NCBI GenBank assembly: GCA_012026655.1
Contig: JAAILG010000480.1
Coordinates: forward strand, 1-64,000
Reading direction: 5' to 3'
Length of the DNA stretch: 64,000 nt
Source of the DNA: Hydrolagus affinis
Lineage: Eukaryota
A model generated the notes under the pieces. The model saw only the letters and a program-made list of their open reading frames with translations, was not told the DNA's origin and made no database searches. Shown here piece by piece: positions 51,228 through 61,662 of this stretch (within the stretch, counting starts at the first letter, position 1; the number at the start of each line of letters is the position of its first letter). Position numbers and translations under genes: made by a program.

Positions 51228-51693
51228 GTGAGGGTCAGTCCCACCCTGCCACACAGGTGGTTGGAGAACAATTCTGGAGCATGTGCTGGCTTCCAGAGCT
51301 CTTCTGGAAATAGGTCTTGCAAATCTGATTAACACTGTCCAGGGATTTCCCATCCTCTACTGAGTACACTTCCCATAGCTGTTGACTTCTCTACACTATA
51401 TCTTCCAACTACTCAGGCCAGATAGTGATGGCCAGCTGATTATCCTGACAATGGAGAGTGACACAAGCGTCTCGCCACTCTTTCTCTCCCTTTGTGTTCT
51501 TTCCGTCAGTCTTCCTTCCCATGATCTTTCTCCCCCAATCTTCCTTGCCCCCTACCCTTCCTATTAAATCCTCCTAGTTGTCTTGTATTAATTCCCTCTT
51601 GTTCTGGACCTTACTGCAAGCCGTTGCAACCAGTTCTGCACTCGCGGCAAATGAACGAGTGAGATTGACTGTGTTTCACTTTTCTGCCCACAG

Positions 51694-51815
51694 GAGGAGT
51701 GTATGACGGGAAGGTTTATACAGGAGTGTGTAACCTCATCATGCCATGGGAAAGGCTGACCCTGTCCCAGCGCAAGGGGCTGAATCATCGCTATCGACTT
51801 GGCTGCAACTGCAGG
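51694..51815 (+). CDS. TIMP3: TIMP3 exon 4 (122 bp)
   Basis: cacag|GA...AGG|gtaagt. [41 protein letters not shown]. Confidence 0.97.
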
Positions 51816-52067
51816 GTAAGTACCTTCTCATCCCCCAGCACCACCCATAGCCCAGTAACCACTCCCCCCCGCATCACACCCTACATAACTGTCTGTGTCT
51901 CTCCTGAATTCAATCTAGCTCCCTCTCGCTCCCAGGCAGAAAGATTGCAGAAAGGCAATCTTTCTGCCTGATTCCTGCAGAACCAACTGTACCCAGTTGA
52001 CTGCAGTCTAGCTCCCTCACTCTGCTAGGCTCTGTCCAATTTACACTCATTTTACTGGCTGTACACT

Positions 52068-52625
52068 AATAATAATAGAAATAATAATAATCCTTGCATT
52101 TTGATTTAGCGCTTTCACGTCTTCTAGACATCTCAAAGCGCTTCACAGAATACACTGTTAAGTGAATTGACTATATATGTGGGTGAAACGCGACAGTCAA
52201 TTGTGCATAGCAGTGTCCCACAAACATTCTTATCTGCACTGACACATGATGCTCATTGCATCTCGATCGATACCAATCTAACTGCCAGGCACTCCTGAGC
52301 TCAGTAAATCCCCCTCCAATGGGAAAAGCCATCATTATTACAAGGTAATAATCCCACCAAAAAGAAAAAAAAATTGGTCACTCAATCCAAAACTGTTTGT
52401 GAGACACTGTGTGCCACAATTCGCCCACAAAATACACTCAATTCACTTTACAATATAATAATAATCCTTGCATTTGATCACATCTTCAAAACATCTCAAA
52501 GTGCTTCACTGAATATAATGTAAAGTGAATTGATTATATTTTGTGGGTGAAACGTATATTCTGTGAAGTGCTTTAAGACATCTCAATGATGTGGTAAGGC
52601 TCTACATCAAATGCAAGCATTATTG
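52068..52625. mobile_element. Cluster of SINE 3' parts in alternating orientation in TIMP3 intron 4
   Basis: Minus copy at 52068-52226. Plus copy at 52343-52625, interrupted by a minus tail at 52457-52554. Confidence 0.8.
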
Positions 52626-52725
52626 TCGTTAATATTTCCGCTACTTGGGAATACAAAATTGAATGTTGTGTTGAGTGTGAACGCGGTTTAATTTGAGTGT
52701 CTGCCTGGCTGGCGTCTCTTCACAG

Positions 52726-52923
52726 ATTAAGCCCTGCTACTACCTGCCGTGCTTTGTCACTGCAAAGAACGAGTGTCTCTGGACTGACATGACATCTGGC
52801 CAGGGCTACATCGGGCACCAGGCCAAACACTACACCTGCATCCAGCAGAAGGAGGGCTACTGTAGCTGGTACAGAGGAGCCGCTCCTCCAGACAGGAGCA
52901 GAATCAACAACACGGACCCCTGA
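52726..52923 (+). CDS. TIMP3: TIMP3 exon 5 (terminal, 198 bp coding)
   Basis: cacag|[25 protein letters not shown]...[22 protein letters not shown]. Joined CDS is 645 bp / 214 aa with 12 mature Cys. Confidence 0.97.
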   Translation: MKPCYYLPCFVTAKNECLWTDMTSGQGYIGHQAKHYTCIQQKEGYCSWYRGAAPPDRSRINNTDP

Positions 52924-54215
52924 GAGGCTCCCCTTCCCTGGGGAGCAAACGCTGGCCAGTGCAAGACGCCCATTGTGTATCACATAGCCACGGTGGCTCT
53001 CGTGCCCCTCTCCTCCCAGAGTTATCACATCAAACACAGACTCTCCACCACTTTACTGTTTCCTCAAAATTACTCTTGGAACCCCTCCCTTCCCCTTCCC
53101 TCCCCAAGTGGTCCTACGCTCCATCACCAATCGACATTGCGTCTGCCGTGCTCCTCACAGTAACAGATATATCATAGAGCTTTATATATTTTAATATCGC
53201 CATGTCTTGTGCCATAGCTAACTGCTACTGCCCTTTGTAAACAAGGCACGGGTGTGCCCAGTGTGCAACAAAAGCTTTGAGACTGAAATTTTTCAGGAAA
53301 TTTCAACATTTGTGTATGAGAGAGAGAGAAACAGAGAAAGAGTGAGAATGAATGGGACAGAGAGAGAATGGGACTGAGAGGGAGGCAGAATTTGTTATAT
53401 CTTGTCATATTCTTTCCAAATAATTTGCATGGATTCATTTTTTTGTTTAAAAAAACTATTAACCATTTGATGTCAGGATCCATTTAAGAAAATGCTGAAC
53501 CTACTTTAGACCAACAATCCAGTGCCATGAAACCCTCTAACCTGAAAGACATGGGGAAGAGATTCAGCTCTTACAGGGAAGGTCTTACAGGCTTGTCCAT
53601 TTCCGTGTATTCCTGCCCTTCACTATGGGAGGTCTCTTATGCACTTCTCTAACAGTCCTCCGGTAGTCCTGTTTATTTTTGCTTTAAGATGCTGGCAGCA
53701 GGACCTGGGATCTGTCTTTCCCTGATCACTAAGAAAATCAATCTTTTCTTTTCACTTTATCTTCTCACTGTGAGGCACAATAGAAAGATTTGTGAGATAG
53801 AGCCTGCTCAGTGTAGAATCCCATTCTCCAGTGATATGGCAAATGATCTCCATTCTCTGTCTCCACATATACCATCATTCTGGAGACTAGGGCACCATGA
53901 GATATCCTTTGACTTAAATCCCGCTGTCACTCAACAAAAACAGCCTGATTGGTATAACTGCGGAACAGATCGGCGTACAAAGACCATCAGCAAGCAAACC
54001 TTCCATTCCTCTGCCATGTGGATAAAATATATTCCTAATGCCCCACCTCCCCCCACCCCAAATTTACACACCTTCCCTGTCCAGGAACTAAAAATGATCA
54101 TCTCCCTCATCCTTCCCAGAAGTTATGAAAATTTTAGGTTGAAACATGTTTGCAAGAACAAAAACACACATACCTATATGTTAACAATCTTGTTTTTTTT
54201 AAGTTGACTAGTGAC

Positions 54216-54223
54216 ATAAGCTA
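54216..54223 (+). promoter_or_regulatory. miR-21 8mer seed site in the putative TIMP3 3' UTR
   Basis: ATAAGCTA. TIMP3 is an established miR-21 target in mammals. Confidence 0.6.
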
Positions 54224-54700
54224 TCTTTTAGTCAGTACAGTTTCACATGACTGGTCATTCCATCTTCACGGCCAACAGACTTGTCCATGTTGGTTTTATG
54301 TTGAACACAGGTGGGGAACAAAATAAAGCTCTTTCATTACGCCATTTGGCATTAAAATAAGAGACGGTCCTCCTGATTCAGCTCCAGAAAGTGTTACTGG
54401 CACAGCCTAGCTCGGCCAAATGGCCTGATTCCATGCCTGTATCACTCTATGTAAGGATTTGCTTGCCTGTATCAATGACTGATTCATGTGTTTGCTTGTC
54501 ACAGACCTTGTAGCAGGCATGGGTGAGGGGAGCTGTGCTGTGCTGTGCAGCGGCTAGGGGTGGAGGAGCTGGGTACCAGGAGGAATAGAAGGATGTGGGG
54601 AGAAACCACAGCTGTCTGGATGGAATGTACTGACGCTAACTCTTGTTTTGCAGCACTGTAAGCAGATTTCTCTGTGTTTATTTATGAATTTTATATTCCA

Positions 54701-54708
54701 TGAATGTA
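54701..54708 (+). promoter_or_regulatory. miR-181 8mer seed site in the putative TIMP3 3' UTR
   Basis: TGAATGTA in AU-rich context near the inferred 3' end. Confidence 0.6.
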
Positions 54709-54769
54709 TATGGTCTTTTCAAATGTAACTTTTCGTATGTCACTTTTACAGTGTCCTCTACTCTTAAGC

Positions 54770-54775
54770 AGTAAA
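54770..54775 (+). terminator. Candidate distal TIMP3 polyadenylation signal AGTAAA (proximal AATAAA at 54322-54327)
   Basis: Variant hexamer ~20 nt before ...tttctatcaca, with upstream UGUA elements. Confidence 0.5.
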
Positions 54776-55170
54776 AGTGCTTTGGTTTCTATCACAGTAA
54801 CTCGCCTTCAGTCTCTTCAGTCTCTTCAGGCTTGCTAGTGGTTCCAGTTGGGAGGGGGAAGAAGGGGCACTCTGTGTAAACAGGGGCGAATCAGAGGCAC
54901 ATTGGTGTTCGGATAGGCTCGGCAAGATCATAGCGCGGCAACATGAGAGGACATTTCCTCCAGGTAATGGGCTAAGAGTTGCCTTATGGCTCGACACAAG
55001 AGGGCAGAAAAGAAGAGAACAAAAGTCGCACTCTGGAAAATATTAGGAGCTGATTGTTTATAGGAGAATGGAGGAGGGTCGGCTGGTTTCAGTCTCTCAT
55101 TGAACCTGATCTGGACCCTGCGTTGTCAATTCACTCACAGTGCTTAACGTGGAAGAGAAGAGCACCTGTC

Positions 55171-55598
55171 AGCCAGGTCTTAACTCAACACATACATTCA
55201 CCCTCTAGTGATCTAGACCGTCAGCTGTTCACCAAGAACCCAGCTTTGCAGCACGAGCCCGGCGCTTAACATTGCTTTGAGTCGCATAATTCACTGCACC
55301 ATATTCCAAAGCAACAATGTTGATGTCCAAGTTAGATCTGAATGTCTGCCAGCTTCACCCCAGGCAGCACGTCCCTGCCAGTAACCTCTCCTCTGAGAGA
55401 TATTGTGGAGCTCTTAAAGCAGAACCATCACCGGCAAACACCAATGGACTCTCACCACTGCACAGAAGCTGATATCTCACCTGATATTGCTTTTAGATTT
55501 CATAGCATCAGATTTCATAGCCAGGTCTTACCTCAACACACACATTTACCCTCCAGTGAGCCAGCCCGCCAGCTGTTCACCAAGAACCCAGCACTGCA
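55171..55598. repeat. 80 bp direct repeat (55171-55250 and 55519-55598)
   Basis: agccaggtctta.ctcaacaca.acatt.accctc.agtga...cagctgttcaccaagaacccagc..tgca occurs in both copies. Confidence 0.9.
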
Positions 55599-55604
55599 AT
55601 GTAG

Positions 55605-55920
55605 CCAATAATGATAAATCTTTGCATGTACTATTAGGACTTTATTGCGTCATTGATATACTGTAAATTTTGTGACTGAAACCACAGAAACCAATTGCGC
55701 ATAGCAGCGTGCCACAAATAGCAGTGGATTGAGTGACCAATTCTTTGTTATTTTATTTTGAAAGCTTTGTTACCCCCAGAAAAGAAAACTAACAATTGGG
55801 TTCCTATTTACTGCAAAGGTAAACAGAGATGTGTGGAGTAAGGAAATTTGCCTAAGGTTTTGCCCTGCCTGGGAATTGAACCCGTGTTAAGTGTGCTCCA
55901 ATGACTATGATGCAGGACTC
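55605..55920 (-). mobile_element. tRNA-derived SINE
   Basis: Head ...gggaattgaaccc...caggactcc, body and tail. Confidence 0.8.
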
Positions 55921-56325
55921 CAATGCCAATTGCTCTTTCCACCACCCACCAGCACCCCCCACCATCACAACCATCCCCAGCACCCTGCGTGGCCATTGCA
56001 GTGACTGAGTGTGGCTGAGACATCCCTTTAACGTAGGTTTTATTTTTTTTTGCTGCGCAGATGTGAATGCAAAAGAAAATGCAATCTTGCGTATGTTTTG
56101 ATGAGCGAAGGCAAAAACTAAATCCACATTTAGACTAAACTAAAAGCACAAACATGTGTGGGTTGGGCCTGAGAGCAGCACCCTGGAGAATAAGCCCGGT
56201 TCAGCAAGAATTGGAAGAAAACTGAGCAATTCAGCAAATGTTATCATCTCTCTTGCTCTTTTGCAAGTACATTGTCGTGGGTCTAAGGGCTGAGCTCTCA
56301 GAGAGTCAGTGCTGGCAACACTCAC

Positions 56326-56415
56326 CATCTCCTTGTGGTTGGGGAAGAAGGTCTGGTCGATCAGCGGGAACTTCTCTGCACCCAGTGACTGCTGAATCTT
56401 TATCAGGTGGGAGAA
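56326..56415 (-). CDS. SYN3: SYN3 domain C exon (90 bp), last exon before the TIMP3-containing intron
   Basis: ttgcag|TTC...ATG|gtgagt. FSHLIKIQQSLGAEKFPLIDQTFFPNHKEM. Confidence 0.97.
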
Positions 56416-56509
56416 CTGCAAGAGAAGGGCAAATGTCAGCCAAGTTTTAACTGCATGCATTCACCCTCCAGTAAGAGAGCCAGCTCCTTATCCACAAAGC
56501 ACTTTTCAC

Positions 56510-56865
56510 TGACACCCCCTTTTCACCCACAACTCTCTCCTCATTCACTTTCACCTCCTCCTCACTCATACCCTCCTCATCCACATCCCCTCTCCTCAAC
56601 TCCCTCCTCAGCCGCCTCCTCACCAATACTTTCCTCATCCACCTCCCCACCCCCTCCTCTTCATCCCCACCCTCCTCCTCCTCATCATCCACATTCCCCT
56701 CCTCATCCCCACCCTCCTCATACCCCTCCTACTCGCCCTCCTTCTCATCTGCAACCCTCTCCTCATCTACATCCCCCTCCTCCTCATTCACCCCTCCTCC
56801 TCATCCACAACCCCCTCCTCACCCTCCTCAACCGCCCCCTCCTCATCCCCCCCGCCACCCCACTA
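56510..56865. repeat. C/T-rich low-complexity tract (cctcctcatcc-like units)
   Basis: About 350 bp nearly free of G on the + strand. Confidence 0.9.
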
Positions 56866-58149
56866 AGCATCTCTCACTATCTCATATCTCCTTTAATGGA
56901 ATGTAGATTAGGCTGTACAGTAACTGGGATTTACGAGAGTCATCAAAATAAGAACTAAGGCTGGAGAGGGAACAGTCAGTGCCCATGGCTGGCAGAGCCA
57001 ATCTCCTGCAGTGCGTTTAGCATTTTCAGAAATGACCACTTCAATCTGATCTCTCAGGCTCACTCCTATTGTCAATATCACTAAGGCATTTTCCACTTCT
57101 AGCCTCCTTATTCCACATCAGAATTGCTACTTATTGCATTAATAAAAATGTATATAGATGTTAAAGTGCTGAAATGAAGAGGCAAGCTTAAGAAGATTGG
57201 CCAGTCTCCAGTGGGGCCCACCACAGGAAACAAAAGAGTATTTAATCTTAATAAATAATTGTTATCAAAAATCTGGATGTCAGTATGTTCCTGGAATAGT
57301 TTCAGAATTAAAAGTTAAAAATAAATCTGTCCTAACCCTCATATGTCACACATACATAGACGCACAGAAACATTCAAACACATAGGCACATACAGGAATG
57401 CACATGTGATAATTGCTAATGTTACAAACTCACTTATAAAAAGAGTCAGAGGAATAGGCATATACACATATAGATAGAACGACAACAACAAAATGACATT
57501 TATAGAGCGCCTTTCACGTCAGAAGCACGTCCCAAGGCGCTGGGGACAGACAAAGAAACATGATTATACTGAAACAAAAGCATATTAACATAGGGACAAA
57601 ACATGAACATATACACCAACACATTCACCCAAATACATTCTCTTTCTCTCTCTCTCTCTCCCACACACATACACATATATTGAGAGACATGCAAGCAAAG
57701 GCACACATCAAAATAAGAAACAGAAATGGTTTTATTTAGTCTGGAGCGCCCGCCTAGCTTGCAAGATATGGCTCAGACATCATTTTTGTTTAAAGTTAGA
57801 ACTTTAGGAAGACAAAATCTTTTTTAAAGCCTCTTAGAAACATTCCACAAATTTGAAATGATGGGATTATGCAGCTGGCTAAGCCGCTGACAGCTTCTCT
57901 TACAGCAGTGGAGTCGCTCAAGTTCTGGTTTCTTTGAAGGCAGAACACATGAGCGGTCGCTCTCTGCTGCCGGCGGAAATGTTAAGGGCCTGATTTAAAT
58001 GGTTTAAGATGGGAAAGAACTATTTTCTTTAATTAAAAACGACTCTCAGGCTTTTATCTTTCTAACACGAGGCTCAGCCCAGACCGGACTGATGGGAATG
58101 AAAGTCTCTCTCTCTCTGTTTCTCATTCCCCCCTCTGTTCACCATCGAT

Positions 58150-59280
58150 GAAAACATCTACATCCTCGAAAACTGGGTTATCTCAGCTGACACCTTCCCC
58201 CCCCGATTGAGGCCGCACCACACTGCTACACCTTTCACCAAACTTCACGGCCCAACCACCGTGGTGGCAGTGTGGCTCTCATCTCCTGGTACACTCTTGG
58301 CCTTTCCCCTTACTCCTCTGGAACCTTCCCTTCCTTTGAACACCTTACTCTCTAACACCCCTCCAGTCTCTCCCTCAAAATCCTCCTTCTCTATCATCCT
58401 CCAAGCCCTCCCCCACTTTCCTCTTGGACATCTCCACTCTCCTATTTTACCTCTTGTGTTACTCTGAACACTTCCTCATCTTATGCAGTTTCAACCTCCA
58501 CTTCACCCCCACTTGCTCTACCTCTGGTGACTTCTGCTCCCTCCTCACCTCCGTTAATCTCTCCCTCCACATCCACTCTACCACTCAGATCCATGGTCAT
58601 CCGCTTGACCTGGTGATCACCCAGGGCCTCAACATTTCAGACATCACCATCACTGAGAAAGCCATCTCGGACCACCACTTCATCTCCCTTAACACCTCCA
58701 TACCCCTTCCCCTTACTCAATCCTCTTCCATCACCTACCACCCATGGAAACAAATCTCCCCCTTCTCTCTCTCTGCTGCCCTTGAGTTATCTGAACTCCT
58801 ACCACTCTGGCCCTCACTAACTAACCTACCCTCCTCGCTATCTTTTCTCCACAAATCCCTCTACTCCATCCTCGACTCCCTTGCCCCCCTCACCTCCTGA
58901 ACTGCCTCTTATCCCCATAAATCACCCTGGTACACCATCATCTCCAAACCCTCGAGGCGCAAATGCAAGATGCTGAATGCGCCTGGAACAACTCCAAACT
59001 AACGGTCCATTGGCAGATATAGTTAGATCACACTAAGACCTACCACTCTACCCTTGCCTCAGCCAAATCCTCCTGCTACTCCAAGTTAATCTTGGAGGCC
59101 AAGGATAACCCCAGGCTCCACCACTTCTCCACCACAAACCGTCTCCTCTGTCCACCCTCCCACACCTCACCCATCCTTATCCTCCCACTGCGAGGAGATG
59201 CCGAACTACTTTAAAATTGAGGGGATCCGTTCAGCCACCTCTACCCTGTCCACCCTACCCTCCCATTTTTCCTTAGGATC
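58150..59280 (+). mobile_element. L2 LINE ORF2 fragment (APE endonuclease and linker), frameshifted
   Basis: LILCSFNLH...TQIHGHPLDLVITQGL...AISDHHFI matches the GDFN / THxxGHxLDL / SDH endonuclease motifs, followed by a PWYT linker. Confidence 0.85.
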
Positions 59281-60049
59281 CACAACCGTCTCCCACTCCC
59301 ATTAACAGATCTAATTAATGACATCTCTAGCACCAAGGGACAAAACTTGGGACACCTTTAGAACTGAGAGACAAACTGGAGCTCTGAGGTTGGAATTCAT
59401 CATTACATCAAAGGACATTTGCCACAGCTGCCCCCCAACTGTGAAGAGCATTTTAGTTTCAAACTGAATGGGTTTAGGCAGCTGTTTCCCACAACATCTC
59501 TGGAGATCAAAGGGTTAAATACACTCTGTTGTAAACCTAGTTAAAAAAAACAACAATCTTCTTTGCATTGTGGTGAGATGAGGTGCTCCAGGCATTCCTA
59601 ATTCCATCACTGAAAGCCAATTACACAAAGCCTGTTCTCAGGACCTGCCACATTACTCATGCCGAGCTGGGCTCATTACTGAGCTTTACCATATAAAGTA
59701 GTGTAGGACCTCACAATTGTAACTCACTCCGACATAGCAATAAAAGTCTGATTGGGTCAGTTCTGCAGTGTGGAGCATGTCCCCTTCACCCATTTATTCC
59801 AACTGTACAAATGCAGCAGCAGTAAATTATTAAAAGTCCAGACACTGTCCTGGGAGCCAGCCGTGTGCCTCAGGCACTAAATGCCACTGCACATCTCCAT
59901 GTTCCACTCCGATTGGCATCATCCAAGCTCTCAGGATGAGGGTCCAGTTGATAAATGGGCACACAGCAACAAATGTGCATGTTGGCAAATTTCACAGCTG
60001 AAATTATGATATTTTACTTGGAAATTTCATTCTAAAATGCAAGCTACAC

Positions 60050-60250
60050 ACCAACAACAACTTGCATTCACATTGAGCCCTCCAAGCAGGGTAGCATCTC
60101 AGAGCGCTTAACAGTGACAGAGCCTGACTCTGGTGAGGTAGTGGTGGGGGCTGTAAGTATGGCTGAAGAGGAAGGTTTTCAGGTATGGCTTGAACAAAAG
60201 TGGGGAGGTGTGAGCAATGTGAAGGGATTCAGGAAGAGCATTCCAGTGTT
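60050..60250 (-). mobile_element. L2 3' fragment
   Basis: HWNALPESLHIA...FKPYLKTFLF plus tail ending gcaagttgttgttg. Confidence 0.7.
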
Positions 60251-60665
60251 GTACCTGCATGCTGCAGCCCTGATTATTAAAGGCCAGCACACTAAATGAG
60301 AGATAACCATTTTTGGAATAAATAGACAATTAACTGGGAACCAATGAAAGAAGACCAGGAAGTATAAAAATGGATTCTGGGAAAATGACTGGTGTGGGTT
60401 TGTGGCTGGAACAGAGAATTAAAGACTTTACTTAATATGCATCTGTGTGTTGAATTGAGAATCATTACACACTAAAGACTGGGCTACAGATTTGAGTACT
60501 ACAAGCTACAGAATTAAGGTCTTCCTGGCACTATACAAGCACAGTATTTGTTCTCCAGCTATCATAAAGGCCATTGAACCTTAACGATTGTCACTCTTCA
60601 GAGTATTGAGGAGCATTGCCGGCAGCTCCTGTACAGGGGAGACGAGTCACAGCACCAATACTCAC

Positions 60666-60822
60666 CATCCACGGCTTGTTACAGAAGTTGTAGATGGACT
60701 GGAGAGAGTTGAGAGTGGGCACTTTGCCATACTGCAGACCGACAATGAGGTTACGGTAGTCCTCGCCCTGAGCCATGTTGTAGGCATATTGCCGAATCAG
60801 GACAAAGTCAGGCTTGAAAGAC
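60666..60822 (-). CDS. SYN3: SYN3 domain C exon (157 bp), 5'-most exon found in the window
   Basis: ttgcag|G TCT...ATG|gtgagt. [52 protein letters not shown]. Confidence 0.97.
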
Positions 60823-61199
60823 CTGCAACAAGAATACAGCAGAACCATTCACAATGATTCATGGCTTATTCACAAACAAAACAAGATGCTTACTAGAATA
60901 GGGGATCCATGGAGTGAAAGGAAACTACAAAGTACAAGGCATTAGAGCTGGTACCCATACTCTGAATTCTCTGCAGAAAGAGGAGCAATGGCTACTTAAC
61001 TACTTTTAAAGGAATGAGGCTAGAGATCTGAAGAACAAAGCCAGGTTGTTCTAACCTAGGATTGGGTCAAAGATTTCTGCTGTTTAGGTAATAACATAAG
61101 TTTAAGGGGGAGGGAAAATTGTTGAATGTACTTAAGGGAAATATTGGCATCATTAGTGATAGAAAATAATTGAATCCCAGGATCTTACTGCCCACCAAG

Positions 61200-61420
61200 G
61201 AAATCATTCAGACCATATTGATTTTGGTTCAAACACTGCTTTAGTGTGGCAGTCCACATTCCAGAAACCCTCTCTGACTGTCTCAGTTGTAAGATATTAG
61301 TGTGTCTTATATTATCATTTCTGTCTGCAACAAGGACTCCCTGTGCCTCTGAGATCTCCTCAATTACTTTGTTGCCTTTGACATCATTGACTACTCTATC
61401 CTTCTCCACTATCTGGTACA
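61200..61420 (+). mobile_element. Old L2 RT-domain fragment
   Basis: gttgcctttgacatcattgactactctatccttctccac translates VAFDIIDYSILLH (L2 AAFDT.DH.ILL motif). Confidence 0.55.
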
Positions 61421-61421
61421 A

Positions 61422-61662
61422 CTCCTCAGCAACTCACAGAATATACAGTACTGTAAAGTGAATTGATTGTATATTTTGTGGATGAAACACAGCAGCCAAT
61501 TGCATAGAAGTGTCCAACTAACAGTCGTAGACTGAGTAATCCATTTATTATTGTTTTTTTCTTGAGGGATTATTATTAGCCATGTGGAGTAAGGAACACG
61601 CCGGGAATTGAATCCAGGTCTCTCAGTGCAAGGCAAGTGCTCTAACCACTGAGCTAGAGGAC
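61422..61662 (-). mobile_element. tRNA-derived SINE, short-body variant
   Basis: Head gagtcctctagctcagtggttagagcacttgccttgcactgagagacctggattcaattcccgg on the minus strand. Confidence 0.8.

Noticed and set aside
53689-54207. 172 aa ORF after TIMP3
   Set aside because: Lies in the inferred 3' UTR; no domain similarity or splice context.
56407-56958. 183 aa Pro/His-rich ORF
   Set aside because: By-product of a stop-poor C/T low-complexity tract; no splice or homology support.
7384-60822. Alternative identity as SYN2/TIMP4 or SYN1/TIMP1
   Set aside because: [17 protein letters not shown], the domain J sequence, TIMP3-type GPFGT and CYYLPCFV motifs and the adjacent FBXO7 all indicate SYN3/TIMP3.
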